From NCBI GenBank assembly GCA_905250005.1, contig CAJNOH010000088.1, forward strand, positions 1-62,152: a DNA stretch of 62,152 bases, in the 5' to 3' direction. A model generated the notes under the pieces. The model did no database searches. It was given only the letters and a program-made list of their open reading frames with translations, and was not told where the DNA came from. This document shows, one piece after another, positions 50,977 through 62,152 of this stretch (position 1 is its first letter; the number at the start of each line of letters is the position of its first letter). The stretch comes from Rotaria sordida (Eukaryota). Made by a program: the position numbers and the translations under genes.

Positions 50977-53688
50977 TTTTGTCATTTTAGATAAAATGTG
51001 CTGTATTAAAGTGGTACTTATTTCTTTCCTTCGAAGATGAAGTAAATAGCTAATTTTTTTCTATCTTCAATCTTATGTAAAAGTCCATTCATTTATATTC
51101 AACAATCGTACTGTAACAGCGTTATACACATGTTTCAAAGTAATCTTACTCGAAATTCTCATTCTTGAGTGCGAGTTTCACTGCACTTATAGTCGAGAAA
51201 GTTTATACTTGCTCAACTCTATATTGATTACAATAAAATAAGATTCTAAGTATTCTGAAATAAATGTACAAACTATCTTTATTTCTGATTCAATATATAC
51301 ATGAAATCTATTCTGCATGTTTTCACTCATATCTTAGCTTCAATTTTTGTTACATATATAATTTTGTATGTGCGATGTTATCTTTCTGTGTAATAATATG
51401 TAATAAAAAAAGAAACGTCGATATAAAAACATTAAGAAAATTAGATACTATTAGTTTTTGAGTATAATTCACCGTTTTAAATGAGAAAAATGATATTCTA
51501 TATTTTATCTGATTTTATTTTATTTTACGTCAAAAATTAGAGATCTTATTAGGTTGCATGCGTATAATGTCCTTAGAAAAGAGCCAGGCTAGTCGTAAGA
51601 CACTATGTACGTGTTCAAGGAACGCTTACCATTCATCTGAAAACTCAAGATAACAAAACATGAAGAATAACTAGCATTATTAACAGTTCATTAAAGATTT
51701 CTAGGGATTCTAGGAGATAGTGAGTAGAAAAAAAATTTAATTGGAAGTAAATATATGTAGTACTTTTTCTTGAGTATTTCTTTCATATCAACAATAGCTG
51801 ATGGAGATTGATTAGTCTTATTAGTATACTATATTGACGAAAGAACTTTTTTTTTTAACTGATATCTTTGCATTTGATGTCATAGTTTGCTAAGGATTCA
51901 AATCAAACAAAAAAAAAAATTGTTGATAATATACAATTATTTTCATTATATAAAAAAAAAGATTATATCATTCGAGATATTCTATCCTAAATGTCGCTCG
52001 AGAAATTGTAATTTACCAGAAATTATCATAATGTCAACAAAATCAAATTATCAATCTCGAAATATCTATAAAAGATGAATTTGCAAAGAATTTTCTTGTG
52101 TGATTCGAAACATTTCTTATTTAAAATACAGTAAGAATATAGTAAATATCAATAATGAATAATAAATTTGTACATGTCTTTCTGAAATCAAACAACAAAA
52201 GAAATAATTTCCTTGAGAAAAATTTTTTTATGAAGGTAAAACATGATTGTTTTGAGTTTGATTGGGTTGACTTGAGTCTGGATCGAATGGAAAAATATCT
52301 TTTGATTGTTTTGAGCCCGGAGACGGCAATGAGTTCAAATCAATTAAGAAAAAATATATCTTATGCAGACAAGTAAAACTTAATTAAAAAGGTATATGAT
52401 ATTTGTCTCACCTATACATCTCATATTCTATGACAGTGCTCTCATATTTTTGTAGGTGAGGGGCGGATGTCTTCTTTCTAGTGCCATTGACTTTGACATG
52501 CCTATGTTCATCCATTCTCAAGACAAAAAATTACTTGTTCAATTTAATCAAATTTGAAAGCTGTAGTGAGATAGTGTGTCTTAATTGAATTCGACTCATT
52601 TCTGCCTTCGAGCTTAGTAAAAAGGTCCTTGTTCAAATGATTTCATCACTATGAGTTTATTTTTCAGTCATACATGTATCTTTGTTCTATTATTACTACT
52701 AGGTTATTTTTGTATATGAAATGAGCATAACCTTGTTTTCGAGGAGTTTTGATGTATATAGTATAAAATGAATTCATTTGAATATTGTATCCAATGCAAA
52801 ATTTGATCATGAAATTCTTCCACGAATTAATCATATTTAAATAAAATTATAGAAGTTATTGTGATTTATAATTTTTTTTTTTTTGAGATCGCTTTTATAC
52901 ACATTTGAATGATTTCTTTTTCTTTTGTTTACTTTTTTCTTCTTTATTAAAAAAAAGACATTCATTCCTCATTATGAGATCTATTCCTTTTTAGATTTTC
53001 GTATTTATCGCTATTTAGTTTATCATACGGCTTTATTATATGTATTTCTATTTACTTATGTCCGTGCATTGAAAATCGTCAAAGAATATTAAAAATGATG
53101 ATGAAAATTGAAATAAAGTAAGAATAAAGCTAATCTAAAGACTCTTATTTAATGATTCAGAACATTGTTGTCGAAGAAAATTCATCTTTTGACTTCCAAA
53201 ACATAAGAATCTTATTTGTAGATCAGGTTTACTCTTTATCGACAAGTTTATACTATAGGAATAGCTCTTTCGAAAAACAATTAAGGAAAATTTTCCATAT
53301 TTACTCCTGTTTCTTTTCTTCGAATAACCTTATTAATAAAATTCATAGGAATTCAATCATTCTAATTAAATCACGTATCGTAGAGGAAGAGTCATTCAAA
53401 AAAAGATATCTATCACGTAGTTTGTCAAGACGTTGTAATGCATGTTAGATCTCATTAAATATATTTATTATGCTTGAAAAGAAAAAATGAACGTAAAGAA
53501 CCTTTTAGAACATGTTACGTTTTTTTGTATCGATGAAAAATATAACTTTTAAATTTATAATTATATGTCAGAATACATAAAGTAATATTGAAATATGTAA
53601 CTCAATTATTTATTTTATCATTATATTGAAGGAATTAAAGTTAATTGATTATAAGTCACATACTATCTTTTTATAATTAAACTAACTC

Positions 53689-54311
53689 ACAAGGGAACAT
53701 TCCCAGGTGCCCGATCGCTTTTGAGTCGGAACTTTGCGCATCTTGTAGGCCTTGATGAATTATGTCTACCATAGAAAAAGTTCGCGCCCCTAGCTTGTTC
53801 CTAGTGAGATATCGAGGTTTTAATGAATTTTCTCTATAAGACGCCACATTTGCAACAAGGTCATATTTTTGAATTTTGATCTGAAACTTTGTCCACATAA
53901 ACAGCTCAGCTAGACTAGTTTGCATAAAAAATTTCAGAACTTTTGGACAAAGTCTCTCCGAGATATGAAGCTTTCAAAAAATGTATGCTTTATACGCTAT
54001 CTATGGAAAACGACCTATACGTTGAAAGCTTCATATCTCGGAGAGACTTTATCCAAAAGTTCTGAAATTTTTTATGCAAACTAGTCTAACTGAGGTGTTT
54101 ATGTAGACAAAATTTCAGATCAAAATTCAAAAATATGACCTTGCTGCAAACGTGGGATCTTATAGAGAAAATTCATTAAAACCTCGATATCTCACTAGGA
54201 ACAAGCTAGGAGCGCGAACTTTTTTTATGGTAGATATAATTCATCAAGGCCTACAAGATGCGCAAAGTCCCGACTCAAAAGCGATCGGGCACCTGGGAAT
54301 GTTCCCTTGTC
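53689..54311. mobile_element. near-perfect long palindrome or foldback element (arms of about 290 bp, loop of about 40 bp). It belongs to the same family as the elements at 16583 and 26169.
   Basis: The left arm is cacaagggaacattcccaggtgcccgatcgcttttgagtcggaactttgcgcatcttgtaggcc...ctccgagatatgaagctttcaa. The right arm is ttgaaagcttcatatctcggag...ggcctacaagatgcgcaaagtcccgactcaaaagcgatcgggcacctgggaatgttcccttgt. Track ORF 53677..53925 is an arm artefact. Confidence 0.85.
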
Positions 54312-56526
54312 AGTTGATTTAGAGGAAAAAAAAAGAAACTTTGAACATGTTTTATCTTCTCTATCTATAAGTATAGTAATTATAAATATATAGAAAAAAC
54401 TAAAAACATTATTCTATATATTATAGAATGTAAAAAAAACACAAAAACCAAAGATCTATGGAATACTTTTAAAAAGTCTTTTTTGTACGATATAATTTTG
54501 AATCTATTTTTTCTTAGTTTTCTATTTTAATTACAGCTGTGATGTAATCATTATTGTCAATCTTCATAAATAGGTTATCGTGTTTGATTAAAGTGCCGTG
54601 CATGACGATTATTTATTTCAGTAGAACTTTTTGACACTAAAAGTATTTCAAAAGAACTTTTATTTATAGCCTATTATTGCAAAATATAAATAGATAATTG
54701 AGTAGATTTACTTTAAAAATACAGATGATGTCGAACTAAAATTTCATTTAGGGTAATCCGATTAAGTTTTATATTTCATTATGAATATTGATCCTTTGTT
54801 GTTTCTTTTTCTTAGTATTTATAATTGAAAAGAGCTATGCACAGAAATACTGTATTCATAATTATTTATGTCTTAATAACCTTGTGTTTCATTGTATTAG
54901 AATAGAAAACGTCCTTAGTAACCTGTTCGAGGTATTTAATGTAGCAAAAGAAGTTGTTTCTTATTAATTGCTTACATAGAGTAAATTAAAATTAAGTGAT
55001 TGATAAATTTTCCATATGTCTTTTGATTAAATTTATTATATTAAATAATTAACATTTATGTTCGATAGACTCTCATTTATTTATGTTAAATTTAACAGCA
55101 ACTTTAATACTATACATAATTGTCAAATACTTGAATGCAAGACTTAGCAGGTGATTGAATAATAGAACGAGAAAAATAACAAGACATTTCATTTTCTTTA
55201 TTAATTAATAATAACAGTAAAGACAAAAGTTTATACGAGCTGGCGCATCAATAAAAATCCGCCATGTCAATTAATGCTATGAGTGGTAAACACCTTTTTT
55301 TTTTATAGTTAAAAATATCGTTAATGATGTTCTTCTTGTTTTTTTTCATGCGATACAAATTATGGATAATTCATAAATAGACAATGCACTTATTACTATC
55401 CGTTATGTAATGTAAAAAAATTAGTTTTTTGACGTATATATATCGCATCTATAATTCGACAAAAATAAGAAAATTGGTGTATGTAAATTTGATATGTCAA
55501 AATATATCTAATTAAGATATATCTTTTAAAATTATATATTACTTTCTAATTTCTCTTTAAACTAAAATATTCATTTAAATCAACATGAATATATCCACTT
55601 TTATTATTTAGTTTTTGATATGTTATTATCTTGTATTGAGGTGATCTAAAGTTTACTTTCGTTTAATTATGTAGTAGGAAGATACTTATTTCTATAACCT
55701 ACTAATACTAAAGCATGTATACAACAAAATAAAATTGATACTCCTTGATATTCAAAAATCATTAGAGATTTTTTTGAACTAGAATGTCGTCGAGATATGT
55801 TGGCTAGTCAAATGCATAGAAAGATAAAAGCCGATGTTGATTGTCAATAAGAGCCTTGTTTTTCTTTTTATTATAATATCCAGAATATAATTAATTCTTA
55901 TGGGTCTTATATCTGCTTTTTGTTTAGAAATTAAATGAGAACATAATGACAGATTTGTCTTTGAGTTTATGTTTAACATTATAATGATTTATGCCATAAT
56001 TGCCAAATGAATATTTTTGTTTTCATATTTAATGACATCAAATATTACAAAAGAAAGATTCTATTTGCATATATTTTCTTTTCTGAATAATATCTATATT
56101 TGATTGGAAAGCATGATATAACACATTTGTGTACTCGGAACATGAATAGAACATTGTAATGTATCATTTTTCTTTATATTAAAGAAATCTTATTCCTATA
56201 TGTGAAAGTTAACACTGTATTTTTTTTTTGTATCCTTTAAAGATGGTTAATCTCGATGTTCCTATCAATTGACATATGTTACTTAATAATGTATCTAAGC
56301 TTACTTTTGCTTCTTATTATTTTTAAGTTATCAAATTGTACTTGAAGATTTCTTATACTATATAATATTTTTATTATAATGAAGATCAGATGTTTTTCAT
56401 ATGATTTAACAATAATATAATGATACTTGATTATATATTTTATACAAACTCATTTTCTTATATTTACATAAACAGATACGATATATATATATATTAAGAA
56501 TATTTATAAAAACATGCTTTAGATAT

Positions 56527-56741
56527 TACCTTGTCCGGAAAGTCCGTGCAACTCATATACTATAAAACCTTAGGATAACAAGTGCTGCATTTAATCAACG
56601 TAATGACCTTCGCTAATAGCCACACATAGCTCGTTGGCAACGTGGAATCGCTAGTGAAGGTCATTAGATTGAATAAGTCCAGTATCTGTTAATCTAAGAT
56701 TTCATAGTATATCAGTTGCATGAACTTTCCGAACAAGGTAA
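56527..56741. mobile_element. MITE-like palindromic element of about 215 bp
   Basis: ttaccttgtccggaaagtccgtgcaactcatatactat pairs with atagtatatcagttgcatgaactttccgaacaaggtaa. An inner pair is taatgaccttcgctaatagc and gctagtgaaggtcatta. Confidence 0.7.
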
Positions 56742-57146
56742 TATTATATAGAAATAAACTTAAGAAGGGTGAAAAGAATAAACGTATGAAAACGTGACAT
56801 TGATAAAGACTTAGTCACGTAATATTTTTCTGTTTGTTTCTCAAATAGTCAAACGTACTTGTATAAGAATAGTATATAAGCATATGTGTTATTATTTTTC
56901 TTCAATAGCAAAATGTTTAAACATATATAAGTAAAAGAGATATTTTTCTTCTTTTGTCTTGCTCATTCTTCAACGTTTTATCATCCTTTGGAATTTGATT
57001 CCAAATGTAAGTACGAATATATATAGTTTTTTATTTCGATTTAACCACTGTTTGACTGAAACAAAAAAAAGCTGTCAAAAGATCCGGTGATTAAAAATGT
57101 AACATTAACAAATATGAACTTGTTCTTTTAAGAGAAATTGTTGAAT

Positions 57147-58177
57147 TTTAATTATATTATATTCTCGAAATTTATGAAAAGATTTTATTTTGATTGAACA
57201 TCAAAATCGGAGTAGGAAAACGTTATTTGATTAAATTTTGAGTTGATAAGATCAAAAAAACGAATCGTGCTTAAGTATAGATGCTTCCAACATGTCTCAT
57301 AACACGCACTTGTGAATATTCTTGTAAACTTATCTAATGCTTCTGTAATAAGAAGCTAATGATCTACCTCATTAAAACGACTATATCATGAGCTAAAAAA
57401 CATATCCATGCAATTTCTTTTGTAATTTTGTTTTATTGTTGAGAAAATTGAATTTTTCTCTTGTTTCGTGGCAAAATCCGATTAAAGCAAAGTGAAAAAT
57501 GTGTTCATATTTAGCGATTTTTATTACTATAACTCCATTGTAAACTGAAATAGATAGCATATTCAGTATTAGCATAAGAAACTGCACCAAATCACATATG
57601 TTTCCGTAAAAACTGTTTACAATAAAAAAATACACCTGTGATCTATTTTTCTAAAATTTTGCCTTTACCTCGCGACAAGGTCGGTTTTTTGACGAACAAA
57701 AAAGCCCTTAAAACATACATGATTTGAGGTAGTGTTTCAAGCTGATTCCGAATATGCTGTCTATTTTATTTTACAATTGAGCTATAATAATAAAAACCGT
57801 TAAATATGAACACATTGTTCACTTTTTTTTAATATAATTTTGCCACCGAATAAGAAAAAAACTCAATTTCCTCAACAATAAAACAAAATTACAAAAAGAT
57901 TGCATTGGCTCATTTCTAGCTCACAGCCTGGCCGCTTAATGAAGCAAAAGTACTAGTTTTTAGCTTTTATTACAAAAATATTAGATAAGTTTACAAGATT
58001 ATTCACAAGTGCGTGTTATGAGACATGTTAGAAACATCTATATTTGAGCGGGATTTTTTTTTTTGATCTTATCAACTGAAAATCTAATAAAAAATAACGT
58101 TTTTCTACTCAGATTTTGATGCTCAAGCAAAATAAAATCTTTTCATAAACTTCGCAGATATAACATAATTAAAATTT
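57147..58177. repeat. about 1.03-kb palindrome (arms of about 500 bp, spacer of about 40 bp centred near 57665)
   Basis: The outer pair is aattttaattatattatattctcgaaatttatgaaaagattttattttgattgaacatcaaaatcgg at 57147.., matched by cagattttgatgctcaagcaaaataaaatcttttcataaacttcgcagatataacataattaaaatt ending at 58177. Continuous pairing runs through 57240..57380 against 57935..58100, and 57380..57640 against 57690..57935. Track ORF 57393..57635 lies inside one arm. Confidence 0.8.
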
Positions 58178-59611
58178 AACAATTTTTCTAAAAAACAAAA
58201 ACAAACGAGTTCATATTTGTTAATGTTACATTTTCAATTATTGAATCTTCTTTTTACAGCTTTTTTTTATTTCAGTCAAATAGTGGTTGAATCGAAATAA
58301 AAACTGTATATTCGTGACCAACTTGTCACACTCTATGAAATCAAACATAAATAAATGAGAAAAAAATCCACGAGAATTTCGCATTATGTGTACCTTAAGT
58401 AGTTTACTCACTACCGTAGTATATATTGATCTTGATAATTTCTTCAATAAGAGCGTTCATATCAGTCATTAGACATTGAGCAATAGAATCGACATTATTA
58501 TGTTCATTTATGATAAAGTGTGTGCTTTCTAACTCGAGTTTCTGTAACCTTCGAGAATCATTAGTATCTAGTTTCTTGTATAGATTCATCTTGAAGAAAA
58601 TATACTCTCTAATTAAATCATAAGAATACTCATGCTGTGCTAGATAGGATAGAAAAAAGAAAAAAGGAAGTCTTATAACAGAATATTTCTCTTCCGAATG
58701 AATTAGTATAGCAAGTAAAAGGTGATAAATCAGTTGGATTTACGTATTTTGAAATTATTCTAATATTTAGTAAAGTCATCATGAACTTTCTACTTTTTTT
58801 TACTGTTCTAGATAAAGCAATAAAAAAAGAACTTATTGATTAATACTTATATATATATATATATATATATAAAGATGGAGATATATAAAATAATAAATCC
58901 TTTATATAAAACAAACTTGTCACAGAAGAATATATGGTTAATGTTAATCATCATATATACAAAGCAGCTGTCAATAATATGAAGATTAGTTTTTCTTCTA
59001 TTTTCACATGAATATAAAATTCAATGAATATAAAATTCAATGAAATTTATTTAGTATTTTTTTGTTCTATTTTAATCGATATTATTAACCAGAAAAGTGT
59101 CTTTTTAAATTCTATATCTATCCGCTTTTAAACTCATAATTATCAATAATTATCAACATAATCTATATATGGTAAATATATTTTTCCAATTAGTTTTATT
59201 TTTACACAGAGAAAAGATTTTCTTTTTCTTCTAGAGAAGACATAAGTTTAAGGTTGTATTTTACATCTTTTTTTGACATTAACAAAACTGATAATAAGAA
59301 CGTCTGTAGTGCAGTTTAGTTATTCATTATTAAATGAAAATGATTCATAAAAAAAAATGACCTAGTTAGTATTTCAAGATATTTCATCACGTTATCTCTA
59401 ATTAATAAGAGTTTCTAGGATAATTTTTATAAAGTATTTTAATGAGATATATATATTTTTTTTCTATCATTCTCTATATATCCTGCAACGAGAGAACAAA
59501 GAAAACTTGAAGTGTGTTACAAATAAAAGAAAAAATGAAAGTCTTCATAAGTTAATATTTTCCTAAATGACATTCTGTATTTATTCTAGACTTTTTTTTC
59601 TTTTTTAAATA

Positions 59612-60781
59612 ATGATTCCAATAACAAATTCTTCAATGAATAATTTAACTATTCCATTATCTTATTGTTTTCTTGATCGTTTAAATTTTTTTTTCAATCA
59701 TATTTATTTATTATTACTTACTGTAATTGGTTCAATTGGTAATACATTTGTTATTATTATTTTTTGTCAACGAGCATTTCGTACAAAAATTGGTTCGATT
59801 AATTCAAATATGTCTGTTTATCCATTTTTATTTTATATGGCTATATCAGATACAATGTATTTAATTATATTATTTTGTTTATGGTTATCAAATTATATTA
59901 ATGTTTTACATCGTCCAGTTATTTGTCAACTTACATTATATTTAACATATGTTTGTAATTTTATTAATGCTTATTATACAATAGCATTTACTGCTCAACG
60001 TTTATTTGCAGTTATTAATCCATTTCGTGTATCACATGTTCTTTCATGGTATCGTTCACGATTTTTATCATTATCAATAATAATATTTGCTTGTTTAATA
60101 TATTCATATTTACCATTTTTAATTGGTATTGTTAATGGAAAATGTTTTTCTCGTCCAGAATTTCGTTGGATAAATAAATATATGGATATAATTGATAGTA
60201 TTATTGTTTTTCTTATACCATATATTATTATAATAACAATGAATACAATTATTCTTATATCATTACGTCGTATGAAACATGATCAACATGAATTTCTATT
60301 TCGAACTCATTCACATTTAAATAGACGACGTGAATTAATACGTCGTAATGCATCACGTAAAATAACAAAATTATTATTAACTATTTCAACATCATATTTA
60401 ATTATATGTGCACCATATGCATCTATACATACATGGCGTTTATTAAATAATCGTCAACAAAATAAAAATTCACAATTAATTAAACAATTAGAACATTATG
60501 CACTTTTTATATATCATATATCATTTGCAATGAATTTTTATATTTATATTGTGTTGGATTCAAAATTTCGTCGTGAATTAAAACGTTTTTTTATAAAATC
60601 AAAACAAAATTTTTATCAATGTTCTCGACAAAAGAAATTTGTTGAAAATGACAATCAATTAGAATTAGTAGACAATAATTCTACAACAACAGTTGGATAT
60701 ACATTTCAAGGAAATCTACAAAATGTTAATCATAATCATAATCTTATGAGAAACTCTTGTTGTTGTCATATTCATTTGTAG
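59612..60781 (+). CDS. rhodopsin-like (class A) GPCR, intronless, 389 aa, orphan
   Basis: This is a single ORF with seven hydrophobic segments. TM1 is ..LLLTVIGSIGNTFVIIIF, with the GN motif. TM2 is FLFYMAISDTMYLIILF, with the conserved Asp. The end of TM3 is IAFTAQRLFAVINP, so Q-R-L stands in the D/E-R-Y position. TM7 is FAMNFYIYIVLDSKFRREL, so NFxxY stands where NPxxY is usual, followed by a basic helix-8-like stretch. The third intracellular loop is basic (LRRMKHDQHEF..RRRELIRRNASRKITK). AATAAA is at about 60823. Confidence 0.75.
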   Translation: MIPITNSSMNNLTIPLSYCFLDRLNFFFNHIYLLLLTVIGSIGNTFVIIIFCQRAFRTKIGSINSNMSVYPFLFYMAISDTMYLIILFCLWLSNYINVLHRPVICQLTLYLTYVCNFINAYYTIAFTAQRLFAVINPFRVSHVLSWYRSRFLSLSIIIFACLIYSYLPFLIGIVNGKCFSRPEFRWINKYMDIIDSIIVFLIPYIIIITMNTIILISLRRMKHDQHEFLFRTHSHLNRRRELIRRNASRKITKLLLTISTSYLIICAPYASIHTWRLLNNRQQNKNSQLIKQLEHYALFIYHISFAMNFYIYIVLDSKFRRELKRFFIKSKQNFYQCSRQKKFVENDNQLELVDNNSTTTVGYTFQGNLQNVNHNHNLMRNSCCCHIHL

Positions 60782-61103
60782 ATAGTAGAACATAACAAAA
60801 AAAAAAAACGAAAGAATGTGTTAATAAAATATTCTTAAGAGTAGTTATCTTTTCTTTCTTTATCTATTTTACGTTTGTATATATCTTTAAATGAAAAAGT
60901 TCTTATCATTATTTATTATCTATGATCTACGTAGATGGGTATAAGTATTTTTTTTTTAAGTATTTGTTTTATTCTATATTAAATTTATTTTTGATTCATC
61001 TAGCATTTGGTGCAAATTATCGGAAAATTTTAGAAATAAACGAAGAAGCAAAGGGTTTGCTAAAATATATTTGATCGAAATCTTGAGACTTTTTTTTTAA
61101 GGA

Positions 61104-62152
61104 ATGAATTCAAATAAATTTGAAGGTAATGGAATTCAATTTAAATGCAAAATTATTGGTATGAAAATTACAAAAAAAAAAAGGAAAATTTGAAGATATA
61201 ATTAGTTTTCATTTGACATAAAGGAATGGAATATTTACCAATTGATCGTGATGAACGCGTATGTCTTGAGTCAATGTTTAAACTTAAAGTTGTTGTACGT
61301 GCTCGTGGTGAACATAAACAAAAAATTCAATTAATTTTAACTATGAATGGTATTAAAGTTGTTGATGAACTTACTAAAGTATGAATGAAAACTTTTATTT
61401 TATTTTATTTTATGTTTTCTAAATTAAATTACTATTTTATTAGGTTGAAATTGCTAAACATGAACTTGTACGTATATCATTTGTTACTATGGATCCGAGT
61501 GATTCACGTGCATTTGGATATATTTATAATACAAGTGATGGTCGTCATCAATTTTGGGCTATTAGAACTGAAAGATCAGCAGTAGTAACAGTTCTTGCAT
61601 TGAAAGAACTGTTTGAAATAGTTTATCAACGAATTAAGAATTCCGAAAAGACTGAAACACAAACAAATCAAACAATATCTACGTCTGCTTTACCAGATAC
61701 ATCAACTCTTTCAATACAAGTAATGATAAATGAAATCTATTGTATTTATACAAATTTTTTTTCAGCAATCATCATCGACATCTAGTCCTGTTGTTACATC
61801 ACAGCCACCGATAATATCTGCAGAACCTGTTCCTCAACCAGCACAAGCGTCTAAAGTACGTATGATATTTTATTGTCGGTTTTTTAAATACAAATTAACT
61901 AGTAGATGCCTTTGTTTGATGATGTTTGGGGAGATAATCCTTCAACAACGGTTTCACAAACAATGTCAACACCCAAAGTATGTGTAATATTTTATTATCG
62001 ATCTTTTTAATAAAATTTAGCTAGTAGACACCTTTATTTGATAATATTTGGGGAGGTAGTCCTTCAACAACGGTTTCACAAACAACGTCAACACCCAAAG
62101 TATGTGTAATATTTTATTGTCGATCTTTTTAATAAAAGTTAGCTAGTAGACA
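61104..62152 (+). CDS. Disabled (Dab1/Dab2)-like PTB/PID-domain adaptor, 5' part (at least 6 exons; it continues beyond the window)
   Basis: Exons are 61104..61158, 61224..61378, 61444..61719, 61766..61855, 61906..61977 and 62028..62099, with a next exon beginning at 62150. The translation is MNSNKFEGNGIQFKCKIIG|MEYLPIDRDERVCLESMFKLKVVVRARGEHKQKIQLILTMNGIKVVDELTK|VEIAKHELVRISFVTMDPSDSRAFGYIYNTSDGRHQFWAIRTERSAVVTVLALKELFEIVYQRIK... Compare vertebrate Dab1: RFKGEGVRYKAKLIGIDEV...[40 protein letters not shown]...[59 protein letters not shown]. There is an in-frame TAA immediately upstream of the ATG. Confidence 0.8.
61856..62152 (+). repeat. tandem array of 122-bp exon+intron modules (at least 2.4 copies, cut by the window end) in the Dab gene
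   Basis: Module 1 is intron 61856..61905 plus exon 61906..61977. Module 2 is intron 61978..62027 plus exon 62028..62099. Module 3 starts with intron 62100..62149. The introns are gtatgtgtaatattttattRtcgatctttttaataaaaKttagctagtag. The 72-nt exons encode [M/T]PLFD[D/N][V/I]WG[D/G][N/S]PSTTVSQT[M/T]STPK, every unit in phase 0. Confidence 0.85.

Noticed and set aside
1-62152. CRISPR arrays, rRNA, and operon-type prokaryotic organisation
   Set aside because: The sequence is clearly spliced eukaryotic DNA with GT..AG introns and AATAAA signals. There are no short direct repeats with unique spacers and no rRNA-like conserved blocks.

Overview
This 62 kb window is AT-rich (roughly 28-30% GC by eye) eukaryotic nuclear DNA with spliced genes. 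Introns are almost all 50-70 bp GT..AG. It is not prokaryotic, and I found no CRISPR, rRNA or convincing tRNA. I could reconstruct these genes from homology visible in the translations. (1) Two major vault protein (MVP) paralogs sit tail-to-tail about 1.5 kb apart. MVP-A is on the plus strand at 29178..32262 with 8 exons. MVP-B is on the minus strand at 33784..37085 with 14 exons. (2) A SUN-domain inner-nuclear-membrane protein, plus strand 21539..24452, 10 exons. (3) A CXXC zinc-finger protein with Q/H-rich low complexity, minus strand 8514..10133. (4) An SLC35E-like nucleotide-sugar/TPT transporter, minus strand 38483..43745. It carries one anomalous 3.98 kb intron filled with transposon-like repeats. 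(5) A decayed pseudogene of the R-S-E ADP-ribosyltransferase + TPR fusion family, 45700..47450. (6) An intronless class-A GPCR, 59612..60781. (7) A Disabled (Dab) PTB-domain adaptor gene, 61104..>62152, which runs off the window through a tandem array of 122-bp exon+intron modules. (8) A small secreted, dibasic-site-rich peptide precursor, 735..1033 minus. The rest is AT-rich intergenic DNA that is unusually rich in foldback or palindromic elements. There are at least nine, from about 215 bp to about 1 kb, and several share a common core. Microsatellites of (GA)n, (CT)n, (TA)n and (TG)n types, a 36-bp minisatellite, and degenerate TGTGGG-type telomere-like tracts are also present. Most notable findings: a roughly 160-190 bp tract of near-identity, including a whole intron, between the otherwise diverged convergent MVP paralogs, which points to localized gene conversion; a single extra T in a T-run that frameshifts MVP-A exon 4; the Dab exon+intron tandem duplication; and a family of related long-inverted-repeat elements. 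Intron size, AT content, the ART-TPR family and the TGTGGG-like interstitial repeats together are consistent with a bdelloid-rotifer-like genome. That taxonomic assignment is an inference, not a demonstrated fact.
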